A stretch of 56,007 nt of DNA, from positions 1-56,007 of the forward strand of contig DERX01000013.1 of NCBI GenBank assembly GCA_002361875.1, read 5' to 3'. This document shows, in pieces, positions 1-9,059 of the stretch. Within the stretch, counting starts at the first letter, position 1, and each line of letters opens with the position of its first letter. This DNA comes from Ruminococcaceae bacterium UBA3329 (GTDB lineage Bacteria; Bacillota; Clostridia; Oscillospirales; Acutalibacteraceae). The notes under the pieces are model-generated. The model was not told the origin of the DNA. It did not search any database and saw nothing but the letters and a program-made list of their open reading frames with translations. The translations under genes and the position numbers were made by a program.

Positions 1-67
1 TCCATAAAAATATCTCCCCTAAATTTTGTTTCTGTTTATTGTATTTGTAGAATTGTAATTTTATGTT

Positions 68-673
68 TTATCTTTTAAATATACTGCGATAGGCTAAATC
101 GTAACTCACAAAGTATTCTCTTAAATATCTTTTCAAAATTTCGTTCTCAGATTCGGCGCTGACTTTATGAACATTTTTTATTCCCATTTGTTTTGCAATT
201 ACGCCCGAACGAAAAATGTGATAATCACTTGTCAAAAAGCCTATTTTAATTTTGTCTATGCTTTTACCGCTATCCGCTTTAATTATTTTTAAGGCAAATT
301 CAAAATTTTCGTATGTAGTTTTTGAATTATCCTCAAGCAAAATTCTGTTTTCTTCTATTCCGTTATTCATTAAAAAGCGTTTAATTACCTCTGCCTCGGA
401 CACCTTTTGCTCTTTTCTGAAACAACCGCCGCAGCAAACTGCTTTTGCACATTTGTGTAAATTCAAATATGCAAGTGCTCTTTCCATTCGTTCGGTGAGC
501 TGTTTACTCGGCTCGTCCGCACCGATAACCACGCTTCCCAAAATCATTAAGTATTCGCAGTCATCGTCATATTTTTTTAATGAATCCCGAATGACAAACG
601 GCATATAGACAACAGCGGGCGAGAACAGCGCCGCCGCAGAAATACCCAAAACCGACTTAAAAATTTTGTTCAT
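68..673 (-). CDS. YdcF/DUF218-family (SanA/ElyC-like) protein with N-terminal membrane anchor
   Basis: 201-aa ORF with a hydrophobic N-terminus followed by a DUF218-like core (MILGSVVIGADEPS..., CCGG). It starts 14 nt downstream of pcrA on the same strand. Confidence 0.65.
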   Translation of the reverse strand: MNKIFKSVLGISAAALFSPAVVYMPFVIRDSLKKYDDDCEYLMILGSVVIGADEPSKQLTERMERALAYLNLHKCAKAVCCGGCFRKEQKVSEAEVIKRFLMNNGIEENRILLEDNSKTTYENFEFALKIIKADSGKSIDKIKIGFLTSDYHIFRSGVIAKQMGIKNVHKVSAESENEILKRYLREYFVSYDLAYRSIFKR

Positions 674-687
674 AAGCTCACCTACAG

Positions 688-3027
688 CTATATTTTCTTA
701 ACAGCACCCATATTTGCCATAATTTTTTTAGTGCCGACTTTATCAAATGCGATTTCCATAAGCACATCGTTGCCCATAGGCTTTAGAGAAATTACCATTC
801 CCGTGCCGAAAACTCTGTGAGAAACTGCATCGCCCACTGAAAATGTTTGTGCATTTTTCGGTGCGTTTTCACGCATACTGAAGCCTCTTGACACAGGTTT
901 TTGCGGTGTTTTTTGCTCAAATCGGTTAATGTTCTTCTTTACAGGTTTTACAAGCGATTTACAGCATTCTTCGGGCAATTCACCTATAAATCTTGACGGG
1001 ACATTATATTTTGTTGAGCCGTATAACATTCTCGCTTTAGTATTGAGAAGATAAAGCACCTGTTTTGCCCTTGTAATGCCGACATAGGCAAGTCTGCGCT
1101 CCTCTTCAATTTCATCAGGGTCATACATTGACTGCACTCCGGGGAAAATTCCCTCTTCCATTCCCGAAATGAACACAACAGGAAATTCAAGCCCCTTTGA
1201 CGAATGAAGCGTCATAAGAACCACCGTTTCACTTGTGTCATTGTAATTGTCAATATCTGTAAGCAATGCAACCTCTTCAAGGAAATCGGAAAGAGTGCCC
1301 TCGGGGTTTTCCTCACGGAATTTAATAAGGTTGGAGTTAAGCTCATCAAGGTTTTGAAGTCTGTCCTCAAGCTTTTCTTTGTCCTGTTCAAGGGACAGCT
1401 TGTATCCCGTTTCGGAAAGCAAGGACATAAACACTGAGGACGGAGATTCACGCAATGAAAGCTCGTTAAAGCTTTCAATCATATCGGTAAATTCACGAAG
1501 CTTTACTGCCGAGCGTGACAGCTTTTCATATTCGTCTGCGTGCTTTATTACCTCAAACAAACTCAATCCTAAACCGTCCGCAATTTCCTTTGCATAGGCA
1601 ATTGTCGTCGCCCCTATTCCCCTTTTTGGAACATTTATTATTCTTTCAAGACGGACCGAATCATTCGGATTTGCAATAACGCTCAAATAGGCTACCGAAT
1701 CCTTAATTTCCATACGGTCATAGAATTTGTGTCCGCCGATTATTCTATACGGAATACCGCTCCTGACTAACGCGCGCTCAATAGTATTCGACATCGCATT
1801 CATACGGTAAAGAACGGCAAAATCCGAGAATTTCATTCCCTTTTGAATATGGTTCATTATTTCATCGCAAATAAACTTGCCCTCACCGTACTCGTCGTCA
1901 AGAGTGTTAAGAAGAATTTTTTCACCCTCGCCGTTATCAGTCCAAAGCTCCTTGCCTTTTCGCTGTTCATTGTGCGAAATAACCGCATTCGCACCGTCCA
2001 ATATGTTCTGCGTTGAGCGGTAATTTTGTTCAAGTCGGATAACCCTTGCGTTTTTGAAATTCTTTTCAAAGCTTAATATATTTTCAATTGTTGCGCCGCG
2101 GAATTTGTAAATACTTTGGTCGTCGTCGCCCACAACGCAAATGTTGTTGTACCCTTCGGACAAAAGCTTTGTAAGTACGAACTGTGCATGGTTTGTGTCC
2201 TGATACTCGTCAACCAAAACATACTTAAATTTGCTCTGATAATATTCTCTGACATCTGGGTTATCCTGCAAAAGCTTGATTGTATTAACAATTATATCGT
2301 CAAAATCCATTGCGTCCGCATTTTTTAGGAGCTTCTGATATTTTTCATAGCATTCCCCTATTTGCTTTTCACCGTAGTTTCCACCTCCGAGAGAAAGGTA
2401 CTCACTCGGCTCAATCAGCATATCCTTTGCATTGCTGATTTTTGACAGAATTGTCTTATGTGACAAAAATTTATCGTCAATATTAAGAAGTCTTTGAACC
2501 TCTTTCATTACACGCTTGCTGTCGTCGCTGTCATAAATCGTGAAATGCTTTGTGTAACCCAAGCGCTCGGCATTTCGGCGCAAAATTCGCACACAGACCG
2601 AATGGAATGTACCTGCCCAAACATCATTGCCTGCCTCACCGAGCATTAAATTGAGCCTGTCCTTAAGCTCATTTGCCGCTTTATTTGTAAAAGTGAAAGC
2701 GAGAATTTCCCAAGGCTTCGGCGCATCTACGCACAGCACTCTTTTAATGCTTTCGTAAACAGATGGGTCGCCGTCAAAGTATCTTTTTAAATCAGAAACT
2801 GTATTTTCATCGGTATAACCGTAAACCTCTTCGCTCTCAAAAGCATTGCCGTATTTAATCAGATACGCAATTCTGTTAACAAGTACAGTAGTTTTTCCGC
2901 TGCCAGCACCTGCAAGAATTAAAAGCGGCTCATTGACGGACAAAACCGCTTTGAGCTGCATTTCATTCATTCTGTTAAATTCTTTTTTTATAATCTCTCT
3001 TCTTAAATTTATTATTTCCGAATTCAT
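688..3027 (-). CDS. pcrA: ATP-dependent DNA helicase PcrA (UvrD/Rep superfamily 1)
   Basis: Carries the SF1 helicase motifs: Walker A AGAGSGKTT, DEYQDTN, VGDDDQSIYKFRGA, LEQNYRST, TLHSSKGLEF and YVGITRAK. The C-terminal Tudor-like tail is typical of PcrA. Confidence 0.92.
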   Translation of the reverse strand: MNSEIINLRREIIKKEFNRMNEMQLKAVLSVNEPLLILAGAGSGKTTVLVNRIAYLIKYGNAFESEEVYGYTDENTVSDLKRYFDGDPSVYESIKRVLCVDAPKPWEILAFTFTNKAANELKDRLNLMLGEAGNDVWAGTFHSVCVRILRRNAERLGYTKHFTIYDSDDSKRVMKEVQRLLNIDDKFLSHKTILSKISNAKDMLIEPSEYLSLGGGNYGEKQIGECYEKYQKLLKNADAMDFDDIIVNTIKLLQDNPDVREYYQSKFKYVLVDEYQDTNHAQFVLTKLLSEGYNNICVVGDDDQSIYKFRGATIENILSFEKNFKNARVIRLEQNYRSTQNILDGANAVISHNEQRKGKELWTDNGEGEKILLNTLDDEYGEGKFICDEIMNHIQKGMKFSDFAVLYRMNAMSNTIERALVRSGIPYRIIGGHKFYDRMEIKDSVAYLSVIANPNDSVRLERIINVPKRGIGATTIAYAKEIADGLGLSLFEVIKHADEYEKLSRSAVKLREFTDMIESFNELSLRESPSSVFMSLLSETGYKLSLEQDKEKLEDRLQNLDELNSNLIKFREENPEGTLSDFLEEVALLTDIDNYNDTSETVVLMTLHSSKGLEFPVVFISGMEEGIFPGVQSMYDPDEIEEERRLAYVGITRAKQVLYLLNTKARMLYGSTKYNVPSRFIGELPEECCKSLVKPVKKNINRFEQKTPQKPVSRGFSMRENAPKNAQTFSVGDAVSHRVFGTGMVISLKPMGNDVLMEIAFDKVGTKKIMANMGAVKKI

Positions 3028-3036
3028 TTTTATCTC

Positions 3037-3567
3037 CTAAACATTAAAAAGGCTGTTTCCGTGACAGTCAATTCCCACAATAAGAGGAAAATCTTCAAAT
3101 TCAAGTCTTTTAACCGATTCACAGCCAAGGTCTTCAAAAGCGATTACCTCACAGCTTGTTATGCACTTTGACGCAACCGCGCCTGCGCCGCCGATTGCAC
3201 AGAAATAGACAGCGCCGTTACGGATTATTGCATCTGCAACTTCTTTACTTCGAGGGCCTTTCCCTATCATAGCCGCAAGCCCTAAATCGAGAAATTCAGG
3301 GGCAAATTTATCCATTCTGCTTGATGTCGTCGGACCGCAAGAGCCTATGGCAAGGCCTTCCGGCGTTGGCGTTGGTCCTGCATAATAAATTGACGCGCCG
3401 TTCAAATCATACGGCAGTTTTTCGCCTTTATCAATCAGCGCTTTTATTCTTTTATGAGCGGCATCGCGTGATGTGTAAACCGTTCCCGACAACAAAACAG
3501 TGTCACCTGCACACAATTTTTCCGCAAATTCTTTGATTTCATTTGTTTTAATTTTATATTCAGCCAT
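3037..3567 (-). CDS. Fe-S hydro-lyase beta subunit (class I fumarate hydratase / L-tartrate dehydratase C-terminal domain family)
   Basis: 176 aa with family-typical blocks (GDTVLLSGTVYTSRDAAHKR, YYAGPTP, GSCGPTTSSRMD, MIGKGPRS, AIGGAGA). Its start overlaps the upstream gene's stop by 8 nt, and it ends 9 nt before pcrA. Confidence 0.8.
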   Translation of the reverse strand: MAEYKIKTNEIKEFAEKLCAGDTVLLSGTVYTSRDAAHKRIKALIDKGEKLPYDLNGASIYYAGPTPTPEGLAIGSCGPTTSSRMDKFAPEFLDLGLAAMIGKGPRSKEVADAIIRNGAVYFCAIGGAGAVASKCITSCEVIAFEDLGCESVKRLEFEDFPLIVGIDCHGNSLFNV

Positions 3568-4366
3568 TGTTATCCTCGTAAGTTATATCGCTTGGTTGTA
3601 TATTCAAATCCTCGTTAAATTCGGTATTCGGCTCATACGAAATGAATGTAAGACCCGAACCGTCATCGGTTGCTTCAACTGCAATTGCATCGGGTATATC
3701 TTTCAGTATATCTTCCGAAATAGGATTCTGTTCCGTAAAAATCGCAGGCGCTTCAAGACCCGGCAATTCCGTATGTAAGTTCAAAAGATTAGAGGCAGAG
3801 CTGTTGAGCTTTTTGCTGAGAGCGTATACATCCTTATGAAGCTGTTCAAGAGAAGAGTTGAATTTTTTTGAAACGGCATCAACATCACGCAATAACTGTT
3901 CAATATCATTTGCCTGTGATTTAACATCCTGCGAGGCAAGAGCGCCTATATCCTTCGCTTTTGCTTTGGCGTTATCGACTATCTCGTCTGAATAACGGCG
4001 TGCATCAATGTAAGCCGCACCTATTTGTTTTTCAGCACGGGAGAGCCTTTCGCTTTTGTCCTGATACTCTAAAAGACGGCTTTTGTACTGCTCGGATTCA
4101 GCAGATACGGTTTTTAGCTTGTTTTCAAGCTCGGCAATATGAGCATCCTTTTCTTCAACCACCTTGGAAATTTTTGAAAGCTCCTCGGTTCTCTCTTCAA
4201 GAGCGTCAATCTTTTTTTTAAGTTCTAAAGATTCAGCTCTTTTCTTATCAAGCTCGTCCGAAATTTCTGCGGTGTCATTCTGCAAAGACTCTATATAAGC
4301 CAAAACATCGGATTTTTTAAAACCGCCGAAAACAGCGGTTTTCATAGTTTTTTTATCACTGCTCAT
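3560..4366 (-). CDS. DivIVA-domain-like coiled-coil protein
   Basis: The N-terminal FGGFKKSDVLAYIESL resembles the DivIVA N-domain motif. A long heptad-rich E/K/L coiled coil and an acidic tail follow. Start moved to the ATG at 4366, which has an AAGGGG SD 8 nt upstream; the ORF track starts at 4387. Confidence 0.5.
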   Translation of the reverse strand: MSSDKKTMKTAVFGGFKKSDVLAYIESLQNDTAEISDELDKKRAESLELKKKIDALEERTEELSKISKVVEEKDAHIAELENKLKTVSAESEQYKSRLLEYQDKSERLSRAEKQIGAAYIDARRYSDEIVDNAKAKAKDIGALASQDVKSQANDIEQLLRDVDAVSKKFNSSLEQLHKDVYALSKKLNSSASNLLNLHTELPGLEAPAIFTEQNPISEDILKDIPDAIAVEATDDGSGLTFISYEPNTEFNEDLNIQPSDITYEDNNG

Positions 4367-4510
4367 CTCAAATGCCCCTTTGAACATATTTTAACTAATA
4401 TATTTTATCAAATTTTTTGGTTTAAGACAATACAATTTATATAAATTTACATTTTTTTAATAGACTTTTGTCGAAAGATGGAGTAAAATATATAAAAAGG
4501 AGTGATATTT

Positions 4511-5488
4511 ATGAAAAAAAGCACAAAAAAAGCTTTAAAAACAGTTATCGGAGCAGGTGCAGCTTTTACATCGGCTTATATGCTTGTTGGTAATGTTTTT
4601 TATTTCCTTACTCTTACACGCCGAGGCATTAACAGTTCGATTGCAGAAAAGTATATGAAGTCGAACAGCAACGGTGGCTCGGATGAAAAGACAATCCACC
4701 TCAACGGTGAGCTTGACCAGGGTAAAATCTGGTTTGACAGAGCAGACAAGGAAAAGCTTGTTATCAGAAGCACGCACAAAAAGAAAAATCTTCACGCTGA
4801 TTATTTGCTCCCAAAAATGGATTCTGATGTTTTCGTTGTTCTTGTTCACGGCTACGGTGCGGCGCCGAGAAATATGGGTGTTTATGCAAAGCATTATTAT
4901 GAACTCGGCTATAACATAATAGCTCCGAGTATGAACGGTCATGCCGACAGCGAAACGCAGAGAATTACAATGGGTTGGGAAGACAGACTTGATATAATTG
5001 ACTGGATAAACTACATTGTTGAGGAATATCCCGAATCAAAAATCATTATTCATGGCGTTTCAATGGGTTCCGCAACTACAATGATGGCTCTCGGTGAAGA
5101 ACTTCCCGAAAATGTTAAGGTTGCCGTCGCAGACTGCGGATTTACATCAATTTGGGATATATTCGACCAAAAAATCAGCAAGGTTATAAATATACCCGGA
5201 GACCCGATTCTCACAAGCGCAAATACCGTAAACAAGGTTCTTTCGGGCTTCGACATGAAAAAGGCGTCTGCTCTTGAGCAGTTAAAGAAAGCAAGTGTAC
5301 CGACTTTATTTATACACGGCGAGGAGGACACTTTTGTTCCGTTTGAAATGCTTCAAAAGCTCTACGATGCTGCTGCGTGTGAAAAGGATATAGTTACAAT
5401 TCCGGGTGCTCCCCACGCAAGAAACTCAATTGTTAACCCTGAACTTTATTGGACAAGTGTTGACGGATTTATAAAGAAATACATATAA
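4511..5488 (+). CDS. Membrane-anchored alpha/beta hydrolase
   Basis: N-terminal TM helix, an HGYG oxyanion region, nucleophile elbow GVSMGS, and late D and H residues (HGEEDTFVP, GAPHA). Start placed at the ATG at 4511 with an AAGGAG SD; the GTG at 4502 lies inside the SD. Confidence 0.75.
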   Translation: MKKSTKKALKTVIGAGAAFTSAYMLVGNVFYFLTLTRRGINSSIAEKYMKSNSNGGSDEKTIHLNGELDQGKIWFDRADKEKLVIRSTHKKKNLHADYLLPKMDSDVFVVLVHGYGAAPRNMGVYAKHYYELGYNIIAPSMNGHADSETQRITMGWEDRLDIIDWINYIVEEYPESKIIIHGVSMGSATTMMALGEELPENVKVAVADCGFTSIWDIFDQKISKVINIPGDPILTSANTVNKVLSGFDMKKASALEQLKKASVPTLFIHGEEDTFVPFEMLQKLYDAAACEKDIVTIPGAPHARNSIVNPELYWTSVDGFIKKYI

Positions 5489-5506
5489 AATATTATTGTT
5501 TGGTTT

Positions 5507-5536
5507 AGCGGAGAAGTAAAATTCTCCGCTTTTTTC
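5507..5536 (+). terminator. Rho-independent terminator after the alpha/beta hydrolase gene
   Basis: Stem AGCGGAGAA / TTCTCCGCT followed by TTTTTT. Confidence 0.8.
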
Positions 5537-5628
5537 CTTGTTAGCAGAAAAAATTGCTAAAAAGACTTGATAATATTTTAAAAATTTATTATTATATATT
5601 GTAACTAATTTTTAACGGAGGTTTGGCA

Positions 5629-7017
5629 ATGAAAGAAGAAAACAGACAGTACGGTCAGCTTGCCTACGACATAGTTGAACACGCTGCCAAAAAAATCGGT
5701 TCACGTCTTCCCGGTTCTGAAGGCGAAAAGAAATTGCACGATTATATGTGCGGAAAGCTTGAAGAAATCGGAATTAAACCGACTGTTGAGGAATTTGCCG
5801 TTTCTCCCCGTTCGGGCATCGGCGGACTTGGCTATGCAGGATATTTCGGAATAATTCTCAGCGCACTTATGTACTTTGCTCTTCACAATGTATATTTGTG
5901 GTTCGGTATGGCAATTGCAGGCATTATTTTTGTTATTTGGCTTGTTTTCAGTTGTTTCTTCTATAAAAAGTGGTTTGATATGTTCTTCCCGCAGAAGATT
6001 TCACGCAACTCCTACGGCGAGCTTCTCCCTGAAGACGGAAAATACGATTATACAATTGTTCTTTCGGGCCATTCGGACACAAGCTGGACTTGGAGACACT
6101 CCGAGCATTCATACAAATACAAAGATAAACCGATTTTAGGTCTTATTACTACATACGGTAAGGTTGGTTTCGGTGCTGTCTGCGTATTCTTAACGGTTGG
6201 CATTTCAGTGGCGATGGCTGTAATTTATGCCGCTATGATGATTCCCTCAAGCTTTGGCGTTGATGCATCAGGTCAGCCTGCTGATTGGGCAATAAATATG
6301 TATCAGTGGGCAAATGAAATTACACAAAGCCCGTCATTTACAAGATTTAATTTTGTTCTTCTTTTCCTTCCCATTGTAACAGCTATCGGCAGTGCATTTG
6401 TTGCAATGTGGGGTGACCCTCACGAGGAGAATGCCTCAAGAGGCGCTATGGACAACGCAACCGGTATTGCATTAAGCTACGCAGTTATTAAATATTTCAA
6501 AGAAAACCCCGACAAGATGCCTAAAAATTGCCGTATCATTGATATGAACTGCGGCTCTGAGGAAGCAGGTCTTCGCGGTTCAATGGCATTTGCCGAAGAG
6601 CACAAGAATGACGGTATGCTTGACAACTGCTGGAACATTAACATTGACTCCGTTGCCGACAAAGACTATTTTGAGGTTGTTATTAAGGACGACTGGCAGG
6701 GCTGCCGATTTGACAAAGACCTTGAAAAGATGTTTAAGGACTCATTTGCAGAGCTGGGCATTGAGTCAAAAACAAACGGCTGTATCCACAACCCTGTCGG
6801 CGGATGCGACTCAACTCCTATGACAAGAGCAGGCGTAAAATCCGTCACATTTGCGGCTCAAAATCCTATGCTCACATATTATTACCACACATGGCGCGAT
6901 ATGCCGGAGCGTTTTGAACCCGAAACAGTTTCTCAAGGCTTTGATGTTATTATCAATGTTATTGATAAGATTGATAAATTTCAGAGTGAAAACGGATTTA
7001 ACGGTGTTAATCACTGA
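5629..7017 (+). CDS. Membrane-embedded M28-family metallopeptidase
   Basis: Metal-ligand blocks SGHSDT, MDNATG and GSEEAGLRGS, plus a late HTWRD. Several hydrophobic helices are inserted between the N-terminal and catalytic parts. Start placed at the ATG at 5629, 7 nt after GGAGG. Confidence 0.7.
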   Translation: MKEENRQYGQLAYDIVEHAAKKIGSRLPGSEGEKKLHDYMCGKLEEIGIKPTVEEFAVSPRSGIGGLGYAGYFGIILSALMYFALHNVYLWFGMAIAGIIFVIWLVFSCFFYKKWFDMFFPQKISRNSYGELLPEDGKYDYTIVLSGHSDTSWTWRHSEHSYKYKDKPILGLITTYGKVGFGAVCVFLTVGISVAMAVIYAAMMIPSSFGVDASGQPADWAINMYQWANEITQSPSFTRFNFVLLFLPIVTAIGSAFVAMWGDPHEENASRGAMDNATGIALSYAVIKYFKENPDKMPKNCRIIDMNCGSEEAGLRGSMAFAEEHKNDGMLDNCWNINIDSVADKDYFEVVIKDDWQGCRFDKDLEKMFKDSFAELGIESKTNGCIHNPVGGCDSTPMTRAGVKSVTFAAQNPMLTYYYHTWRDMPERFEPETVSQGFDVIINVIDKIDKFQSENGFNGVNH

Positions 7018-7034
7018 TAAAATTTAATTTTACA

Positions 7035-7071
7035 AAGACCGAAAGCTTATGTTCTTTCGGTCTTGTTTTTT
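7035..7071 (+). terminator. Rho-independent terminator after the M28 peptidase gene
   Basis: Stem AAGACCGAAAG / CTTTCGGTCTT followed by GTTTTTT. Confidence 0.85.
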
Positions 7072-7122
7072 GATTACCCAAATGATATAATCAATATAGA
7101 TTTTTACGGTCGGGTGAATTAA

Positions 7123-8688
7123 ATGAAAAAATGCTTTAAATTTTTATCTGTTTTATTGGCGCTAATGTTCCTGTTGTCCTCTTGCGGAAGAGTTAGTGAT
7201 GCAAATGTAACCGAGAGAATAAAAACATATTTTGATAAAAATGATTATATAGGCTGTAAAGCCTACCTATTGTCAATAGATTCAAATACAAAGAACAAAA
7301 TTTCAGATGAGTGCATTAAATTATCAGAAGAAGAATTTTTAGAAATCTATTCGAAATATGAAAATTGCAATGTATTTGATATTTCTCTTTTTGATGACGC
7401 ATTTATAGAGAACTGCAACAATCTTTGGCAGATTGTTTCTGAATTTAGTCCAAATGAAAAAAGCAGCTCTAATGAAAATCTTCAGTACTTAAGGTATTTT
7501 TCTGAAATGTCCGATTCAATGATATACAGAGAGCTGTTTAGAATGATAAAAGATATGTATAACTGCGGTTATTTATATTCAATTCAAAAAGCATTATATG
7601 ATTACGACAATTCGGGTGAATATTCATATTTTGAAAATGCAAAAGAAATTGCCGAAAAATTTAACTATTCTGACTACAATCCTCAAGAATATTACATAAG
7701 TGATTTGCGTTCTGTCTGCGAAAGAACGAACAAATATTTAATTTCTGTTACAAACGGCTTTGCTACTGAAGACACGGATGTTACTGCGTCTGCTATAAAT
7801 GACCTTTATACTTCTGCTGATTCATTTCTCATGGCATACGACAATGTTCAGTCAATTTACAGTGCTTTAAAAGAAGCGTTGAATGCGTTTAAAATCAACG
7901 GTGCATTCGCCGAATATAAACATGAGATTAAATTCACTGAAGCGAGAAAATACACATCAGGTACCGAATTTCAGTTATCAAATGTTTTTGGAAGCGTATA
8001 TATTCCGCCTGATGAAAATAGCGATGAAAATGACAACTCCGGTGAAGATAAACCAATCATCTCAAAGAAAGCTGCAACAAAAATTGCGGTCGACGCAATT
8101 AATAAAACTAAATCTTACAAATCTGACATAACAGTAAATAAATCTCAAAATGTTGATATTCAGATGACAGCATTCGAAACCGAATCCGAAATTACATCGG
8201 CTGTTTCACTTGCCCGTATGAAAATAAATGATGAATTAAAAAAATCCAACGGTATTATTAAAGATTCCAAGACATTTTCAAACGGCGTTAGTGACGGTAT
8301 TTCTTTAATTGACACTGTTCCGCCTTCAAAGCACTCAGCGTCGCTCGAACCGTCATTTATAGAAGAATACACTGCCGTTGAGGGCAGCGGCGGATATGTT
8401 ATTACTTTTACATTACCTGCATGTACATCAACCGATGATAAAAAATCGCAAAGCTTATTTTCAATTGTCGACGGTTTCTATTTAGACAACAGTGCACAAA
8501 ATATTGAGCACGAAACATTTTATAAGCCGACATATGTTTCTTTAGTAGTAAACAATTTAGGATGTCTCTCAAAATACTCTTACACGGTAAGCGGCGTTTC
8601 CAATTGTAAATTCACAGAAAACGGCACACAGGTAGCAAGCGGCGAATTTACCTTTACGCAACAATATGATTACAGCTTTGTATATTGA
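7123..8688 (+). CDS. Lipoprotein of unknown function
   Basis: Signal peptide with lipobox LLSSC. The 521-aa protein has no motif I recognise. The gene has its own promoter region and a bidirectional terminator. Confidence 0.6.
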   Translation: MKKCFKFLSVLLALMFLLSSCGRVSDANVTERIKTYFDKNDYIGCKAYLLSIDSNTKNKISDECIKLSEEEFLEIYSKYENCNVFDISLFDDAFIENCNNLWQIVSEFSPNEKSSSNENLQYLRYFSEMSDSMIYRELFRMIKDMYNCGYLYSIQKALYDYDNSGEYSYFENAKEIAEKFNYSDYNPQEYYISDLRSVCERTNKYLISVTNGFATEDTDVTASAINDLYTSADSFLMAYDNVQSIYSALKEALNAFKINGAFAEYKHEIKFTEARKYTSGTEFQLSNVFGSVYIPPDENSDENDNSGEDKPIISKKAATKIAVDAINKTKSYKSDITVNKSQNVDIQMTAFETESEITSAVSLARMKINDELKKSNGIIKDSKTFSNGVSDGISLIDTVPPSKHSASLEPSFIEEYTAVEGSGGYVITFTLPACTSTDDKKSQSLFSIVDGFYLDNSAQNIEHETFYKPTYVSLVVNNLGCLSKYSYTVSGVSNCKFTENGTQVASGEFTFTQQYDYSFVY

Positions 8689-8695
8689 GCCGTAT

Positions 8696-8732
8696 ATAAA
8701 AAGAGCGGAATGTTTTCCATTCTGCTCTTTTG
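8696..8732. terminator. Bidirectional terminator between convergent genes (lipoprotein gene and spoVM)
   Basis: Stem AGAGCGGAATG / CATTCTGCTCT with one G-U pair. An A-run precedes it and a T-run follows it. Confidence 0.75.
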
Positions 8733-8750
8733 GCATTTTTGATAAAAGGA

Positions 8751-8834
8751 TTATGTATTATCCTCTTTTTTTATACCAAATATCGTTCTTAAAACAGCCC
8801 CTAACATTTTTGGCTTCAACACAATAATTTTCAT
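8751..8834 (-). CDS. spoVM: Stage V sporulation protein M-like micro-protein (27 aa)
   Basis: Not in the ORF track. My own translation gives MKIIVLKPKMLGAVLRTIFGIKKEDNT, which resembles B. subtilis SpoVM (MKFYTIKLPKFLGGIVRAMLGSFRKD, recalled from memory). An AGGGGG SD lies about 9 nt upstream. It sits downstream of prkC-rsgA, the neighbourhood where Bacillus spoVM lies. Confidence 0.6.
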   Translation of the reverse strand: MKIIVLKPKMLGAVLRTIFGIKKEDNT

Positions 8835-8846
8835 TCCGTTTACCCC

Positions 8847-8993
8847 CTATTTTTTGCAAAGGGCAATCCCGCAAAATACCAAAGAAAACGCAAGCGCAAC
8901 AACGATAAATTTTGTCGGCAGAATAAAAGAAATCACTAAGCCAAGTCCGAGCGATGCAAAAATTATTCCGGCGGATGAATTCCTCTTACCCAT
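8847..8993 (-). CDS. 48-aa two-helix membrane micro-protein, unannotated
   Basis: Not in the ORF track. My own translation gives MGKRNSSAGIIFASLGLGLVISFILPTKFIVVALAFSLVFCGIALCKK. An AGGGGG SD lies 7 nt upstream. The ORF ends 12 nt before the spoVM-like ORF. Confidence 0.45.
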   Translation of the reverse strand: MGKRNSSAGIIFASLGLGLVISFILPTKFIVVALAFSLVFCGIALCKK

Positions 8994-9059
8994 AATAAAG
9001 CCCCCTGCTAATGTATTGATACTACATTATACACAGGGGGATTTATTTTTGTTACAAGT

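Noticed and set aside
1-20. Possible start of a further minus-strand gene at the left edge (ATG complement at 3-5, AGGGGAGA SD complement at 13-20).
   Set aside because: Only 5 nt of the putative coding sequence lie within the window, so it cannot be supported as a feature.
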